64,000 nucleotides of DNA from Pseudomonadota bacterium (GTDB taxonomy: Archaea > Thermoplasmatota > SW-10-69-26 > JACQPN01 > JAJPHT01), in the NCBI GenBank assembly GCA_021325135.1, contig JAJPHT010000015.1:96001-160000 (forward strand), in the 5' to 3' direction. Below are positions 19,014-28,830 of this stretch, in pieces. A model generated the notes under the pieces. The model was not told the DNA's origin, did no database searches, and saw only the letters and a list, made by a program, of their open reading frames with translations. Made by a program: the position numbers and the translations under genes. Within the stretch, counting starts at the first letter, position 1. Each line of letters begins with the position of its first letter.

Positions 19014-19784
19014 ATGGCTTGCAACCTCGTCCCTTGCCTCGTGGCTGTCCTCGTCGTCCTCTCCGCCTTGGGCGGCCTCGCCTTGCCCGCCAAGGCGGCG
19101 CTCGTCTACACGGGCTGCCTTGCGGATGCGACCAATCTGGTCGGAGAGAATGCTCGACCAATCTCGGCGCCGCGGTCCGATCCTGCGGGCATCGCCTGCG
19201 TGGACGACACGCGCCCGGGGGGTTTCCCGCACGGCGGGGCGCCCGCGAACGAATATCTCGATCCCGTCTCGCACGTCGTCTATCGGCAGACCCCCGCGGG
19301 CCTCCAGCCCATCGGCCTTGGGTCGAACGCCGGATACCTGGAGCTTCAGACGCAGACGAACCACGCCAACGGCGACCAGTGCTCTGACAGCGTTTCCGAC
19401 GCGCTCTGCACGAAGCCGCTGATGGACTGCCACGACGCTCCGGCCTTCTGCCAGAGCCTCCGCATCGCGCTCACGGGCTGCCACCACGTGTGGCTCGACG
19501 TCCAGTACTTCCTGGCGCCGGTCGACGGAGGCGTGCAGGAGGCGATCAAGGACTACCCGCAGCCTTGCCCGCCCACGCCCCTGGGCATCCTTGGCCCCAC
19601 CGTGGACTGGGCCACCGGCGGCTCCGCAGCGGTGACGGTCATTAAGGACGATGATTCCGGGTCGCCGCCCTTCGGATACTGCGAGTACTCCCGCGCGAAC
19701 GGGGTGCCCCTGGCTGTGACGACGATTCTCAAAGTGGACGGAAACCCGGTGGGCTCCACCAAGGTGACCCTCCCTCAATGCTGA
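19014..19784 (+). CDS. Secreted Cys-rich hypothetical protein
   Basis: Signal ending PAKA; multiple Cys; more A/T-ending codons than neighbours. Confidence 0.7.
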   Translation: MACNLVPCLVAVLVVLSALGGLALPAKAALVYTGCLADATNLVGENARPISAPRSDPAGIACVDDTRPGGFPHGGAPANEYLDPVSHVVYRQTPAGLQPIGLGSNAGYLELQTQTNHANGDQCSDSVSDALCTKPLMDCHDAPAFCQSLRIALTGCHHVWLDVQYFLAPVDGGVQEAIKDYPQPCPPTPLGILGPTVDWATGGSAAVTVIKDDDSGSPPFGYCEYSRANGVPLAVTTILKVDGNPVGSTKVTLPQC

Positions 19785-19796
19785 AGGTGCCTCCCC

Positions 19797-20360
19797 ATGC
19801 GCGTCCCCCTCGTCGTCCTCCTCGCGCTCCTGCTCGTGGCGCCCATGGCCCATGCGGGAGATCAGTCCGACCCTGAGATCACGGATGGCTCGTTCCCGAC
19901 CGACCCGGCCCTCATGGCGCTGCGCGGGGACACGACGGCGGGGGCGCCCGAGATCGACATCCAGGCCGTCTGGCTGAGCACCAACGCGACCGACGTCACC
20001 GTCACGTGGGAGGTCCTCGACGGGACCCACCGGCTCCAAGCCAACGAAACCATCCTGTATTCTCTCGCGTTCGACTGCGGGACCAGGACGTACACGCTGG
20101 ACGTTGAGGAAAACCCCGACGGACGGAGCTACGGGCACCTTCAGGGAGTCAACAGCGTGGTCAACGTCACGTTCGACGGGAACCTCATCACCGCCGGCAC
20201 GGGCCGCGCCTACTTCCCCTGCGCGACGCTCACGCACCTGCACGCCAGCAGCATCCTTCTGCTCCAGACCAGCCCCACCACCTGGTGGGGCGGCGGCACC
20301 GTCTGGTGGCGCGACGTCGCCCCCGCCCAGGGGTACGGCCGCGACTTCACGTTCGGGTGA
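19797..20360 (+). CDS. Secreted hypothetical protein
   Basis: AGGTG RBS; signal ending AHA; mature N-terminus GDQSDPEITD. Confidence 0.75.
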   Translation: MRVPLVVLLALLLVAPMAHAGDQSDPEITDGSFPTDPALMALRGDTTAGAPEIDIQAVWLSTNATDVTVTWEVLDGTHRLQANETILYSLAFDCGTRTYTLDVEENPDGRSYGHLQGVNSVVNVTFDGNLITAGTGRAYFPCATLTHLHASSILLLQTSPTTWWGGGTVWWRDVAPAQGYGRDFTFG

Positions 20361-20451
20361 CGGGCGCCAGGAAGGTGCTCGGGCCCCCGGCCTGGGACCG
20401 GGCTGACCGAAGGCTTTTCAACCCCCCTCCTTTTCACCGCGATTGCGGCCT

Positions 20452-21531
20452 ATGACGAAGTACGAGATCCAGAGCGTCCTCAAGGGCGACGGCTCCGACT
20501 GGGACCACAACCGGGAGCCCCACCTCAAGGACGACCAGCTCCGTGCCATCTACGCCACCATGGTCCGCGTCCGGATGCTGAACGAGCGCGGCATGAACCT
20601 GCAGCGCCAGGGCCGCATCGGCTTCTACATCGGCAGCGAAGGCCAGGAGGCCGTCCACGTCGCGTCCGCCGCCGCGCTGGAGCCCACCGACTGGTGGTTC
20701 CCCCACTACCGCGACCCCGGCGTCGCCCTCCTGCGCGGCGCCACCATCGAGCAGATGGTCCACCAGCTCTACGGCAACGCGAAGGACATGACCAAGGGCC
20801 GCCAGATGCCCAACCACTTCTCGTTCAAGGACCAGAGCTTCTTCTCCATCTCCTCGCCCCTCACCGTGCGCGTGCCCCAGGCCGCGGGCGCCGCCTACGC
20901 GATGAAGTACAAGCGCACGAAGCAGATCGCCGTCTCCAGCTTCGGCGACGGCAGCAGCAGCGAGGGCGACTTCCACGTCGGCCTCAACTTCGCGGGCGTC
21001 TGGAAGGCGCCCGTGGTCTTCCTGCTCAACAACAACCAGTACGCCATCAGCGTGCCCAGCAGCATGCAGACCGCGAGCGAGACCTACGCCCAGAAGGCCG
21101 AGGCCTACGGCTTCGAGGGCGTGCGCGTCGACGGCAACGACCCCCTCGCCATCTACGCCGCCATGAAGATGGCCGCCGACAAGGCGCGCGCGGGCAAGGG
21201 CCCCACGCTCATCGAGTGCTACACGTTCCGCATGGGTCCCCACAGCAGCAGCGACGACCCCAAGCGCTACGTGAACCCCAACGACCTCACCTTCTGGGGC
21301 GCCAAGGACCCCATCCTCCGCATGCGCAACTACCTCGTGAAGAAGGGCGTCTGGAACGACGCCCTGGAGAAGGAGCTGGTGGAGCGCACCAAGGACGAGA
21401 TCCAGAAGGCCATCGAGGCCGCCGAGGCGACGCCCGCGCCGGAGCTGCGCGAGCTGGTCACCGACGTCTACGCCGAGGTGCCCTGGCACCTCGAAGCCGA
21501 GCTCCAGGAACTCAAGGAGAGTGTCGAGTAA
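20452..21531 (+). CDS. pdhA: 2-oxoacid dehydrogenase E1 alpha (branched-chain-type signature)
   Basis: ThDP motif GDGSSSEGDF...NNQYAIS; GRQMPNH; HSSSDDP. Confidence 0.95.
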   Translation: MTKYEIQSVLKGDGSDWDHNREPHLKDDQLRAIYATMVRVRMLNERGMNLQRQGRIGFYIGSEGQEAVHVASAAALEPTDWWFPHYRDPGVALLRGATIEQMVHQLYGNAKDMTKGRQMPNHFSFKDQSFFSISSPLTVRVPQAAGAAYAMKYKRTKQIAVSSFGDGSSSEGDFHVGLNFAGVWKAPVVFLLNNNQYAISVPSSMQTASETYAQKAEAYGFEGVRVDGNDPLAIYAAMKMAADKARAGKGPTLIECYTFRMGPHSSSDDPKRYVNPNDLTFWGAKDPILRMRNYLVKKGVWNDALEKELVERTKDEIQKAIEAAEATPAPELRELVTDVYAEVPWHLEAELQELKESVE

Positions 21532-22505
21532 TGCCCACGATGACGCTGATCCAGGCCGTCACCGACGCGCTGCGATCCGAGATGCGCGAGGACAAGGACG
21601 TCGTCGTCTTCGGCGAGGACGTGGGCAAGAACGGCGGCGTGTTCCGCGCCACCGACGGCCTCCAGGCCGAGTTCGGCGAGGAGCGCGTCTTCGACACGCC
21701 CCTGGCGGAGGGCGGCATCATCGGCACCGCCATCGGCATGGCGCTCTACGGCCTCAAGCCCGTCCCCGAGATCCAGTTCCAGGACTTCATCTTCCCCGCC
21801 TTCGACCAGATCGTCAGCGAGGCCGCGAAGATCCGATATCGTTCCGGCGGCCAGTACACCGTGCCCATGACGATCCGCACGCCCTACGGCGGCGGCATCC
21901 GCGGCGGGCACTACCACTCGCAGTCCGGCGAGGCGTACTTCACGCACACGCCCGGCCTCAAGGTGGTCATCCCGTCCACGCCCTACGACGCCAAGGGGCT
22001 GCTCATCAGCAGCATCCGCGACCCGGACCCCACGGTGTTCATGGAGCCCAAGCGCGTCTACCGCGCCATCAAGGAAGAGGTCCCTGAGGGCAGCTACACC
22101 GTCCCCCTGGGCAAGGCGCGCCTCGCCCGCGAGGGGCAGGACCTCAGCATCATCACCTACGGCGCCATGGTCCACGTCGCGCTGGAGGCGGCCAAGCAGG
22201 CCGAGCAGGAGGGCATCAGCGTCGAGGTCGTCGACCTGCGGACGCTCCTGCCCTACGACGGCGACGCGATCCTCAAGTCCGTGAAGAAGACGGGCCGCGC
22301 CATGACCGTGTACGAGGCGCCCAAGATCAGCGGCTTCGGCGGCGAGATCAACGCGTTCATCGCCGAGAACGCCATCGAGTACCTCCAGGCTCCGCTGTAC
22401 CGCGTCGCGGGCTTCGACACGCCCTTCCCGTACACGCTGGAGCACGACTACATGCCCACGACGGACCGGATCCTGCACTTCATCCGGAAGTCGAAGGCTT
22501 ACTAG
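21531..22505 (+). CDS. pdhB: 2-oxoacid dehydrogenase E1 beta
   Basis: GEDVGKNGGVFRAT, DTPLAE, EIQF, GGHYHSQS; TAATG overlap with E1 alpha. Confidence 0.95.
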   Translation: MPTMTLIQAVTDALRSEMREDKDVVVFGEDVGKNGGVFRATDGLQAEFGEERVFDTPLAEGGIIGTAIGMALYGLKPVPEIQFQDFIFPAFDQIVSEAAKIRYRSGGQYTVPMTIRTPYGGGIRGGHYHSQSGEAYFTHTPGLKVVIPSTPYDAKGLLISSIRDPDPTVFMEPKRVYRAIKEEVPEGSYTVPLGKARLAREGQDLSIITYGAMVHVALEAAKQAEQEGISVEVVDLRTLLPYDGDAILKSVKKTGRAMTVYEAPKISGFGGEINAFIAENAIEYLQAPLYRVAGFDTPFPYTLEHDYMPTTDRILHFIRKSKAY

Positions 22506-22531
22506 ACGCGGGTTGGCCTCTTTTCTTCGCT

Positions 22532-22675
22532 TCTCCTGGGGGACTCCGTCCCCCAGACCCCCACAACACCCGAATCTCAGAATCTCCGAATCAGCGCCGC
22601 GACAAGCATTCCTGAGCTTGTTTCTCCTCGGAGATTCGGGTCTCGCGGGGGTCTGGGGGCGGCAGCCCCAGGAGA
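22532..22675. repeat. Long nested palindrome related to repeat family 1
   Basis: TCTCCTGGGG/CCCCAGGAGA, CCCCAGACCCCC/GGGGGTCTGGGG, CCCGAATCTC/GAGATTCGGG. Confidence 0.75.
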
Positions 22676-22686
22676 GGGCCGCAAAT

Positions 22687-22717
22687 TTATGTGCCACAAA
22701 ACGCATCTTATGTGCCA
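22687..22717 (+). promoter_or_regulatory. Direct repeat TTATGTGCCA x2 (21-bp period) overlapping the Fic promoter region and start codon
   Basis: Exact 10-mers at 22687-22696 and 22708-22717. Confidence 0.55.
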
Positions 22718-23820
22718 TGCGGCGCCCCGAGTTTGGCCCATATCGGGTGACGGAGCGCACCGCCTGGAGGCCTGAGGAGGCGCCCTGGCCGCCGACGTAC
22801 TCGGTGGAGCCGCGGGTCCACGAGTGCCTGCGCGAGGTCGAGCGCGCGGACCAGGACCTTCGCCGGCCCATCGGCCTCGCCGAGGCGCAGCGGCTCGCGG
22901 AGCGCGCGTTGGCCCGCAACGCGTGGGGCACCGCGGGCATCGAGGGCAACCCCATGACGCTCGCCGAGGTGGAGAGCCTCCTCGCGCGCCAGCCGACGCC
23001 CACCTCGGCGACGCTGCCCGCCGAGCGGGAGATCCTCAACACGGCAAGCCTGCTCCTGGACCTTGAGGACTGGCGCATCCCGCGGACGGTCTCCGAGGTG
23101 CTGGACCTCCACGCGTTCCTCTTCGACGGCGTGCTGGCCGACGCGGGGGAGCTCAAGCGCGTCGTGAACTTCGTGGGCGACCGCGGCGCGCGCGAGGTCG
23201 TGTACGTGCCCACGCCGCCTGGGCGCGTCGAGGAGGAGCTTCGCGACGCGCTGCGCTGGCTCCTCTACGCGCCGGAGCACCCCATGGTCAAGGCCATGGT
23301 GTTCTTCCACGAGCTCCAGGCCATCCATCCGTTCCGCGACGGAAATGGCCGCGCTGGGCGCGCGCTCCACGCCATCGCGCTCCACGAGTGGGGCTATCCC
23401 GGCGTCCGCCTCGCGACCCTCGACGCCGCGTTCAACGAGGACCGCGAAGGATATCACGGCGCGCTGCTGGCCGCGGAGCGCGGCTGGGACCGCACGCCGT
23501 GGCTGCGCTACGTGGCGGGCGTCACGCGCGACGCGTTCGCGGACGCCGTGCGGCGCGCGCTCCTTGCGGGGGAGCTTCCGCCCGGGCTCAACGGGCGGCA
23601 GGCCGCGCTCGCGGAGTGGTTCGCGCGGGGCGGGAGCGGCCGCGCGGTGAAGTTCGCCGACGCGCACGCGGCCTTCCCCCACGTCGCGGAGCGCACGCTG
23701 AAGCGCGACCTCGCCGCGCTGCGCGAGGCGCGCGTCGTGCGCATGCAGGGCGAGCGGAAGGGCGCATCGTACCGGTTCGCAATTCACAGGAATCCACGAG
23801 GATCCAAGCCGAAGCCATGA
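22717..23820 (+). CDS. Fic family protein with C-terminal winged helix
   Basis: HPFRDGNGRAGR; TAGIEGN inhibitory-type motif; ERTLKRDL HTH. Confidence 0.92.
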   Translation: MRRPEFGPYRVTERTAWRPEEAPWPPTYSVEPRVHECLREVERADQDLRRPIGLAEAQRLAERALARNAWGTAGIEGNPMTLAEVESLLARQPTPTSATLPAEREILNTASLLLDLEDWRIPRTVSEVLDLHAFLFDGVLADAGELKRVVNFVGDRGAREVVYVPTPPGRVEEELRDALRWLLYAPEHPMVKAMVFFHELQAIHPFRDGNGRAGRALHAIALHEWGYPGVRLATLDAAFNEDREGYHGALLAAERGWDRTPWLRYVAGVTRDAFADAVRRALLAGELPPGLNGRQAALAEWFARGGSGRAVKFADAHAAFPHVAERTLKRDLAALREARVVRMQGERKGASYRFAIHRNPRGSKPKP

Positions 23821-23862
23821 TGCTCTGCGCTGGGCCTGGCCCCCCAGCTTGGAGCGCATCGC

Positions 23863-24759
23863 ATGATCCGCAAGCTCGTCCTCGTCGCCGCCTGCCTTCT
23901 CCTCCTTCCCACCATCCCCATGACCGGCGCGGAGGACCCGCTGATGAAGGTCATGGAGCTGAAGGCCCCGGCCCCCGCGTGGTTCACCCCCGAGGTCGCG
24001 GCGGCCGCGGAGAAGGCCTCCGCCGAGGGCAAGCTCCTCGACCCCTTCACGGGCGAGACGTTCACGCCCGCGCAGGCGGCGCGCCTGTCCACGACCTCCA
24101 CCCCCGTCCCCGTGGGCGCGCCCGACTACCTGTTCATCCGCCCCGGCGCGCTGCTCCTCACCTCGGGCGTCACGGGCAGCTTCTGCACGTACAACTTCAT
24201 CTACGGCGCGGGGACGCAGATCGGGACGGCCGGCCACTGCGTGAGCGCCGTGGGCCAGCGCCTCTTCATCCTCTCAAGCTCGACGATCAACAGCGGCCTG
24301 CCCCTCCTGGCCGCGCTCGGCTCGGTCAACTCCTTCCACAACAACGGCATCGGGGACGACTGGGCCCTCATCGACATCGACTCGCAGTGGCTCTCCTCGG
24401 TGGACCCCAACATGGCTTGGCTCGGTGGCCCCAGCTGCGCCGCGTGGACCGGCGGCGTGGGCGTCGTGAAGCACACCGGCCACGGCATCCAGACGGGCCT
24501 CGTCGCGTCGGTGCCCCGCATGAGCGCGAACCTCGCGAGCAACGGCAGGAGCTTCGAGGGCGTGGGCGAGCTTTCGGGCGGCGACTCGGGCTCCCCGGCG
24601 GTCCAGGTCTCGACCAGCGCCAACTGCGCCATGGGCTCCGCCGCGGGCATCCTCACGCACTGCGCGACCGTGACCGGGACGGAGTGCCTGCCGGTCTTCT
24701 TCGGGACGGACATCCGCAGGGTGCCCGCCACCGTGACCACTGGCTTCGACCCGCTCTGA
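23863..24759 (+). CDS. Secreted trypsin-like (S1) serine protease, paralog 1
   Basis: TAGHC, DWALI, GDSGSP; signal peptide and propeptide. Confidence 0.9.
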   Translation: MIRKLVLVAACLLLLPTIPMTGAEDPLMKVMELKAPAPAWFTPEVAAAAEKASAEGKLLDPFTGETFTPAQAARLSTTSTPVPVGAPDYLFIRPGALLLTSGVTGSFCTYNFIYGAGTQIGTAGHCVSAVGQRLFILSSSTINSGLPLLAALGSVNSFHNNGIGDDWALIDIDSQWLSSVDPNMAWLGGPSCAAWTGGVGVVKHTGHGIQTGLVASVPRMSANLASNGRSFEGVGELSGGDSGSPAVQVSTSANCAMGSAAGILTHCATVTGTECLPVFFGTDIRRVPATVTTGFDPL

Positions 24760-24833
24760 TTTTCACAGGAATCCCCGACGGGCGGAGCCGAAGGCATGAT
24801 GCTCTCCGCTTCGCCTGGCGGGCCCTGGTTCCC

Positions 24834-25703
24834 TTGATCCGAACGATGATCCTTCTTGCCACCTGCCTTCTCGTGCTCCCTGCGCTCCCCATGGGCGGCG
24901 CGGAGCAGGCGACGACCATCATGGAGCTGAAGGCCAAGGCGCCCGACTGGTGGACGCCCGAGGTCAAGCTCGCCGCGCAGCGCGCCGCCGCGGAGGGCAA
25001 GCTCCTCAACCCGCTCACGGGCCAGACGTACACGCCGGAGGAGGCCTCCGCGCTGGTCACGGTCCCCGCGGGCTCGCCGGACTACCTCTTCATCCGCCCC
25101 GGCTCGCTGGCGCTCACCGAGAGCGGCTTCCTCTGCACGTACAACTTCATCTACACCGGCGGCACGCAGATCGGCACGGCGGGCCACTGCCCCTCGTACC
25201 ACAACGAGCCGTTCTACATCCTCTCGACCCCCGCGCCCACGATCCCGCTGGTCACGGCGCTGGGCGTCGCGTCCTCCTACAGCAACGGCGGCATCGGCAA
25301 CGACTGGGCGCTCATCACCATCAACGCGGGCTGGCGCTCCTGGGTCGACCCCAACATGGCGTGGCTCGGCGGCCCCAGCTGCGCCGCGTGGAACGGCGGC
25401 GCGGGCGCGGTCAAGACCACTGGCCACGGCATCCAGACGGGCCTCCTCGCGTCCGTGCCGCGCGTGAGCCAGGCGACCGGGAGCAACGGGAGCAGCTTCA
25501 CGGGCGACGGCGAGGTCTCCGAGGGCGACTCGGGCTCGCCCATGATCCAGGTGCAGGCGACCCTCGGCTGCTCCATGGGCGCGGCCGCGGGCATCCTCAC
25601 GCACTGCGCGAGCGTCGGCGGCACCGTGTGCCTGCCCATCTACTACGCCACGGACATCCGCGTCGTCCCCGCGACGGTGGTGACCGGCCTCGATCCGGCC
25701 TGA
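24834..25703 (+). CDS. Secreted trypsin-like (S1) serine protease, paralog 2
   Basis: TAGHC, DWALI, GDSGSP; TTG start aligns with paralog 1 (alternative ATG at 24846). Confidence 0.9.
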   Translation: MIRTMILLATCLLVLPALPMGGAEQATTIMELKAKAPDWWTPEVKLAAQRAAAEGKLLNPLTGQTYTPEEASALVTVPAGSPDYLFIRPGSLALTESGFLCTYNFIYTGGTQIGTAGHCPSYHNEPFYILSTPAPTIPLVTALGVASSYSNGGIGNDWALITINAGWRSWVDPNMAWLGGPSCAAWNGGAGAVKTTGHGIQTGLLASVPRVSQATGSNGSSFTGDGEVSEGDSGSPMIQVQATLGCSMGAAAGILTHCASVGGTVCLPIYYATDIRVVPATVVTGLDPA

Positions 25704-26006
25704 GCAACGCGTCCTCGTCCGCCTGCCTGACGCTGCGACGCCTTCGCGGCCGCTTCCACGCGAGGGAGCGCGCCTCTAACAGCCACCGCCAGGCCGCGGG
25801 CTCGTCCGCTGGGACAGAAGGCCGCCCGCAGAAACGACGCGGGCGGGAAGGTGGTACTGGGCCATCCGGGCCCATTCTCCTCCTGGCGGTCCGGCTGTAT
25901 GGAGGCTTCTCCTCCACCACCGGGAGGGAGAACAAGCCGCGTCTCTGCACGGCTTCGCGCGCGCGTTGGAGCAACGTTTAGGTTCCCGCAGCCAGCGTGG
26001 CGGAGC

Positions 26007-26990
26007 GTGCGTCTTGCCGATGACCGTCTTGCCACGCTCCGCGAGTTCGGCGTGTCGGAATACCAGGCCCGCGTGTACCTGGCGCTGCTGGAGCTGGGCA
26101 AGACCGACGCCCGCGCCGTGGCCCGCATGGCCAAGGTCCCGATCTCGAAGATCTACCAGACGCTCCAGCAGCTCCACGAGCGCGGCCTCGCGACGCTCTA
26201 CGCCGAGAATCCCCGGAAGTTCGCGCCGGTCCCCATCGCCGAGTTCCTCGACCGGCTCAAGTCCGAGCACGCCTCCCAGATCGCGCAGCTGGACGACGTC
26301 CGCGAGGCGATGACGTCGGCCTTCGCGCCCAAGGCGACCGACGCGGCCAGGGGCGACGACCGCGGCTCGGTGCTCGCCTTGCGCGGGCGCGCCCAGGGCA
26401 TCGAGGCGATGCGGCAGGTGGCCGCCTCCGCGCAGGAGGAGCTCATCGTCGTGGCGTCCGCCGGCATGCAGGCGCCCGAAGGCCGGCGCCTTCTCCAGGC
26501 GGTGCTCGCGACGGCGCGCCCCGGCATCGTCCGCCTGGGCGCGGCGGACGCGGGCGTGCGCGAGTGGGCCGAGCCCTCCGTGCTCCTCGTGGCGGACCGG
26601 CGCGAGTCGATCCTCCTCTCGTTCGTGCCCGACGACGGCGAGCGCCGCGGAGGCGCGGACATGGGCGTGCGCGTCGAGCATCCGGACCTGGCGCGCTCGC
26701 TCGCCTCGCTGGCGCTCCGCTCGCCGGCCGAGGCGATCCCGCCGCCGGAGCGGGGGGCATCGTGCGACAGCGGGCGGTGGAGCGCGCTCTCCCGCGATTT
26801 CCTGGAGGCGACCCGCAGCGCGCGGGAGCTGCGCGAAGCGGGGCAGGCGCACGCCCGCCGCGCGGAGGCGCTCATGGCCACGTCGAGGCGCCTCGTCGAG
26901 GAGAACCGCAGGCTCCGCGCGGGGCTGCAGGAGAGGCCGGCGGAGGGCGCCCGCGGCGGGCGGCTCACCCGACGGTCAGCGTCAGGATGA
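26007..26990 (+). CDS. TrmB family transcriptional regulator
   Basis: FGVSEYQARVYLALL...VPISKIYQTLQQLHERGL...PRKFAPV. Confidence 0.88.
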   Translation: MRLADDRLATLREFGVSEYQARVYLALLELGKTDARAVARMAKVPISKIYQTLQQLHERGLATLYAENPRKFAPVPIAEFLDRLKSEHASQIAQLDDVREAMTSAFAPKATDAARGDDRGSVLALRGRAQGIEAMRQVAASAQEELIVVASAGMQAPEGRRLLQAVLATARPGIVRLGAADAGVREWAEPSVLLVADRRESILLSFVPDDGERRGGADMGVRVEHPDLARSLASLALRSPAEAIPPPERGASCDSGRWSALSRDFLEATRSARELREAGQAHARRAEALMATSRRLVEENRRLRAGLQERPAEGARGGRLTRRSASG

Positions 26991-27450
26991 CCGCGTTGGC
27001 CTGCGAGTCGAGGATGCGCAGCGTGTCGCCGCTGTTGGCCTCGACGTGGAGAAGGTCTCCGGCGCCGATCACCGTGGAGGCCGACGTGACGTAGCTGCCG
27101 CCGGTGCACGCGGCGAAGGCGGCGGGCCCTGCGCTGCCGGGCGGGTTGGCGCACGCGCCGGCGGTGAGATACTGCGTCTGCTGCACGCCGTTCACCGTGA
27201 TCCTGAGGTCGCTCCACTTGATGCCGCTGCCGGCGGACGCGATGGTGTACGTCTTGTTGCTCGACGCGAGGGCGCCCGCGCTGGTGAGGGAGATGCTCTT
27301 CTGCGGCGCGCTCGACTGGGCGCCGAATCCGGACACCCAGACGTAGACGGTCGCCGCGAGCACGACGGTGATGGCGACCATGAGGATGACCGCGATGACG
27401 GGGGAGACGGCGTCGTCGCGGCGGCGGAGGAGCGTTCGGAGGTTCGTCAT
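26965..27450 (-). CDS. Archaeal type IV pilin (DUF1628 N-terminus), copy 2
   Basis: DDA/VSPVIAVILMVAITVVLAATVYVW class III signal. Confidence 0.92.
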   Translation of the reverse strand: MTNLRTLLRRRDDAVSPVIAVILMVAITVVLAATVYVWVSGFGAQSSAPQKSISLTSAGALASSNKTYTIASAGSGIKWSDLRITVNGVQQTQYLTAGACANPPGSAGPAAFAACTGGSYVTSASTVIGAGDLLHVEANSGDTLRILDSQANAVILTLTVG

Positions 27451-27622
27451 GGGGGTCACTCACCGCTGGTGAGCCCCGCATCTGATGAGCGTGGCGCTAC
27501 GGCCACAGGGCCAATCCGACCTTCCGCGCCAGCGGGAGCCCTGGAGAAGAGGGGAATGAAAAGAGGCTGGGGAGAAGGGAGGCGGGCGGGGCGCCAGGCC
27601 CCGCGGGAGGCTCAAGGCGCGA

Positions 27623-28093
27623 TCAGCCGACCGTGAGGGTCAGCATGACGGCGTTGGCCTGCGAGTCGAGGATGCGCAGCGTGTCGCCGCTGTTGGCCTG
27701 GATCTTGATGAGGTCGCCGGCGCTGATGACGTTGCCCGAGGAGCTCACGGTGGTGCCGCCGCTGCAGGGCGTGTAGCTGGCGGCCGCCGTGGGGTTGCCG
27801 CAGCTTGCGACCGAGCCGAAGCTCTGGGTGACGCCGTTCACGGTGAGCGTGATGTCGCTCCACTTCATGCCCGTGGTGGCGGAGGCGATGGCGTAGGTCT
27901 TGTTGCTGGAGGAGAGCGCGCCCGCGCTGGTGAGCGAGATGCTCTTCTGCGGGTTGCCGCTCTGGGCGCCGAATCCGGACACCCAGACGTACACGGTCGC
28001 CGCGAGCACGACGGTGATGGCGACCATGAGGATGACGGCGATGACCGGGGAGACGGCGTCCTCGGCGTTCTGGAACTTCTGGTTGGCCTTCAT
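27623..28093 (-). CDS. Archaeal type IV pilin (DUF1628 N-terminus), copy 1
   Basis: EDA/VSPVIAVILMVAITVVLAATVYVW class III signal. Confidence 0.92.
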   Translation of the reverse strand: MKANQKFQNAEDAVSPVIAVILMVAITVVLAATVYVWVSGFGAQSGNPQKSISLTSAGALSSSNKTYAIASATTGMKWSDITLTVNGVTQSFGSVASCGNPTAAASYTPCSGGTTVSSSGNVISAGDLIKIQANSGDTLRILDSQANAVMLTLTVG

Positions 28094-28233
28094 TGGGTCA
28101 CTCGAACCCAACGTGCCGTCAGGGGGACATAAGGGGGCAGGTCAGGGCGGAAAGACCACGAAGGACCTGAGGCACCGGGGCCTTGGGCCCCGACCTGTTC
28201 AGGTGCGGCCCCGGGCCCCTGGGGAAGGGGAGC

Positions 28234-28368
28234 CTATCGCTGGCCGCCCTTCTTCCCGGCCTCGGAGCGCTGCCGGCGCTCCGCCTCGCTGAGGCCCTCC
28301 TCCTCGTGCTTGCGCTGGAGCGCCTCGGAGCCTTTCTTCCCGGCCTCGCTGCGGGGGTTCTCAGCCAT
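28234..28368 (-). CDS. 44-aa KGG-type hydrophilin (not in ORF track)
   Basis: MAENPRSEAGKKGSEALQRKHEEEGLSEAERRQRSEAGKKGGQR; overlaps the end of the upstream KGG gene; GAGGAG RBS. Confidence 0.75.
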   Translation of the reverse strand: MAENPRSEAGKKGSEALQRKHEEEGLSEAERRQRSEAGKKGGQR

Positions 28369-28579
28369 TCGCGTTCCGCTCCTCGGCGCCCTTGCGGCCG
28401 ATCTCGCTCATGTGCTCGCGGTCCTGGCTGACCTTCTTGCCGCCCTTGCGGCCGATCTCGGCCATGTGCTCGCGGTCCTGGCTGACGGCCTCGCCGCCGG
28501 CCTTGGCCACGCGCTCTCGGGTCTGCTCGTCGGCGCTGGCGAGGCCTCGGTTGCTGCTCTCTTCTTCCGGCACTCTCAT
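28361..28579 (-). CDS. KGG-repeat general stress protein (GsiB/Con-10-like)
   Basis: RGLAS...KAGGEAVSQDREHMAEIGRKGG, repeated. Confidence 0.9.
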   Translation of the reverse strand: MRVPEEESSNRGLASADEQTRERVAKAGGEAVSQDREHMAEIGRKGGKKVSQDREHMSEIGRKGAEERNANG

Positions 28580-28720
28580 CTCTCCTGGACGCGCGAACGC
28601 GCGCGTCCCACGGGCCCGCGCTGATGGGCATCCCCCTTGAACCAAACCGCTCGAACGTCGCTCCTCGCGCGGCCCGCTTTGGGATGCCCGCTGCGCGCTT
28701 CTCTCTCTGTATCTCTCTGC

Positions 28721-28830
28721 GTCAAGGGTCCAAAGAACGCGACGAGCGCCACGAGCGCAAAGGACGCAAAGGAAGAAATCATCGCGACCTTGGCGCTCTT
28801 CGCGCTCGTCGCGTTCTTTGGACCCTTGAC
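28721..28830. repeat. Palindromic repeat family 2, copy 1 (MITE-like or structured RNA)
   Basis: Perfect 29-bp arms GTCAAGGGTCCAAAGAACGCGACGAGCGC; internal roughly 9-nt periodicity. Confidence 0.85.

Noticed and set aside
28395-28485. Short tandem repeats resembling a CRISPR array
   Set aside because: They are the coding KGG repeats; no spacers or cas genes
22717-28830. Provirus or integrative element
   Set aside because: No integrase, transposase, att/tRNA site or virion genes
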